13,584 bases of DNA from Candidatus Omnitrophota bacterium (GTDB lineage Bacteria; Omnitrophota; Gorgyraeia; Duberdicusellales; 4484-171). This document shows positions 12,980 to 13,584 of the stretch, piece by piece (the stretch's first letter is position 1; every line of letters starts with the position of its first letter). The stretch lies in assembly GCA_021735045.1 (NCBI GenBank), contig JAIPHU010000020.1, positions 1-13,584 of the forward strand, written 5' to 3'. The translations under genes were made by a program, and so were the position numbers. The notes beneath the pieces were generated by a model. The model did not search any database, had not been told where the DNA came from, and saw only the letters and a program-made list of their open reading frames with translations.

Positions 12980-13204
12980 ATGGGAGGGATTTTGGCTAAA
13001 TCAAAAGTAAAAGCAAAAAAAGGAAAAGGAAGACCGAAAAAAGCAGTAAAATACACAAAAACGATCAATGTCCGGCTTACTCAAAAACAATGGGTTGAAG
13101 TTCTAAATTGGGCCCAAAAAGCTAATCTAGAGCCATCTGTATATATAAGGAAAATTTTACTTGATTTCCTTGATATAGAGCATGAGCTAGTGAGATCAAA
13201 ATAA
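12980..13204 (+). CDS. Ribbon-helix-helix (CopG/Arc/MobC-like) DNA-binding protein with a lysine-rich N-terminal tail.
   Basis: The pattern is a beta-strand (TINVRLT), helix (QKQWVEVLNWAQKA), turn, then helix (EPSVYIRKILLDFL), preceded by KSKVKAKKGKGRPKK. An in-frame TTG start at 12992 is possible but lies too close to the GGGAGGG. Confidence 0.6.
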   Translation: MGGILAKSKVKAKKGKGRPKKAVKYTKTINVRLTQKQWVEVLNWAQKANLEPSVYIRKILLDFLDIEHELVRSK

Positions 13205-13584
13205 CCCGAGAAGAAGGGATCTTCACCAAATTTATTCTAGTCCATACTACCACTCCTAAAGAAAAAAAGTCTGTAGAGGGTGTTAAAAAAAAGAAACTAC
13301 GTTGCTCACAGGCTTTTAAAATTAAATCTTAAAACCCCATCATTTAGGGATAAAAGCGGTAAAACTGACCTTATAGCTGCGGCCAGGAAAGATTAAATAT
13401 TCAAGCCCTTTAAAGACAGTATCCCGGGAAAAAAGCTGTTTCATTAACTTCCGATAATATATCTTATGTTAACTTTTATAAGTATTTGAAATAGGGGTTA
13501 TCTGTAAGGGAATCAATGAGTTATAAAGTTTATTAAAAAACCTGTGAATTGCTCAATTCTTACTTACTTTTGGCATTGTTTAGT

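Noticed and set aside
13340-13444. A 34-codon minus-strand ORF (MKQLFSRDTVFKGLEYLIFPGRSYKVSFTAFIPK).
   Set aside because: It is very short, has only a weak GGAAG upstream, and matches no motif I recognise. It is kept only as a note within the ORF-poor tail finding.

Overview
AT-rich bacterial chromosomal segment (about one-third G+C by eye). Nearly all genes are on the + strand. Some genes have strong AGGAGG-type Shine-Dalgarno sites, and several promoters look like extended -10 (TGnTATAAT) promoters. Gene order: a tail-anchored zf-HC2 (ZAS) anti-sigma-like protein; uppP; a small PC4/YdbC-like protein; a 98-aa hypothetical; a GatB/YqeY-domain gene (- strand); a 1095-aa ORF; an atypical REC-GGDEF(GGDDF)-MshEN-like protein; an MscS-family channel; a Ste24-like M48 metalloprotease; dinB; a four-gene cluster of small secreted or membrane proteins, one with four EF-hand loops; a clean intrinsic terminator; then a ribbon-helix-helix gene with a repeat/hairpin leader and a roughly 380-nt ORF-poor tail. 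I recognised no rRNA, tRNA, CRISPR array, cas gene or transposase. The best candidate for something undescribed is the 1095-aa ORF. It encodes a complete, catalytically intact EF-G preceded in the same frame by about 400 aa: an N-terminal TM helix, a long coiled coil and a K/E-rich spacer. This would be a membrane-tethered translocase GTPase. Second, four intergenic spacers are built from 7-nt periodic units, and three of them are arranged as long quasi-palindromes. Other points of interest are the cyclase-plus-receptor fusion, apparently leaderless genes, and the RHH locus at the 3' end, which looks like a mobile-element or plasmid-type control region. All functional calls come from motif recognition by eye, because no searches could be run.
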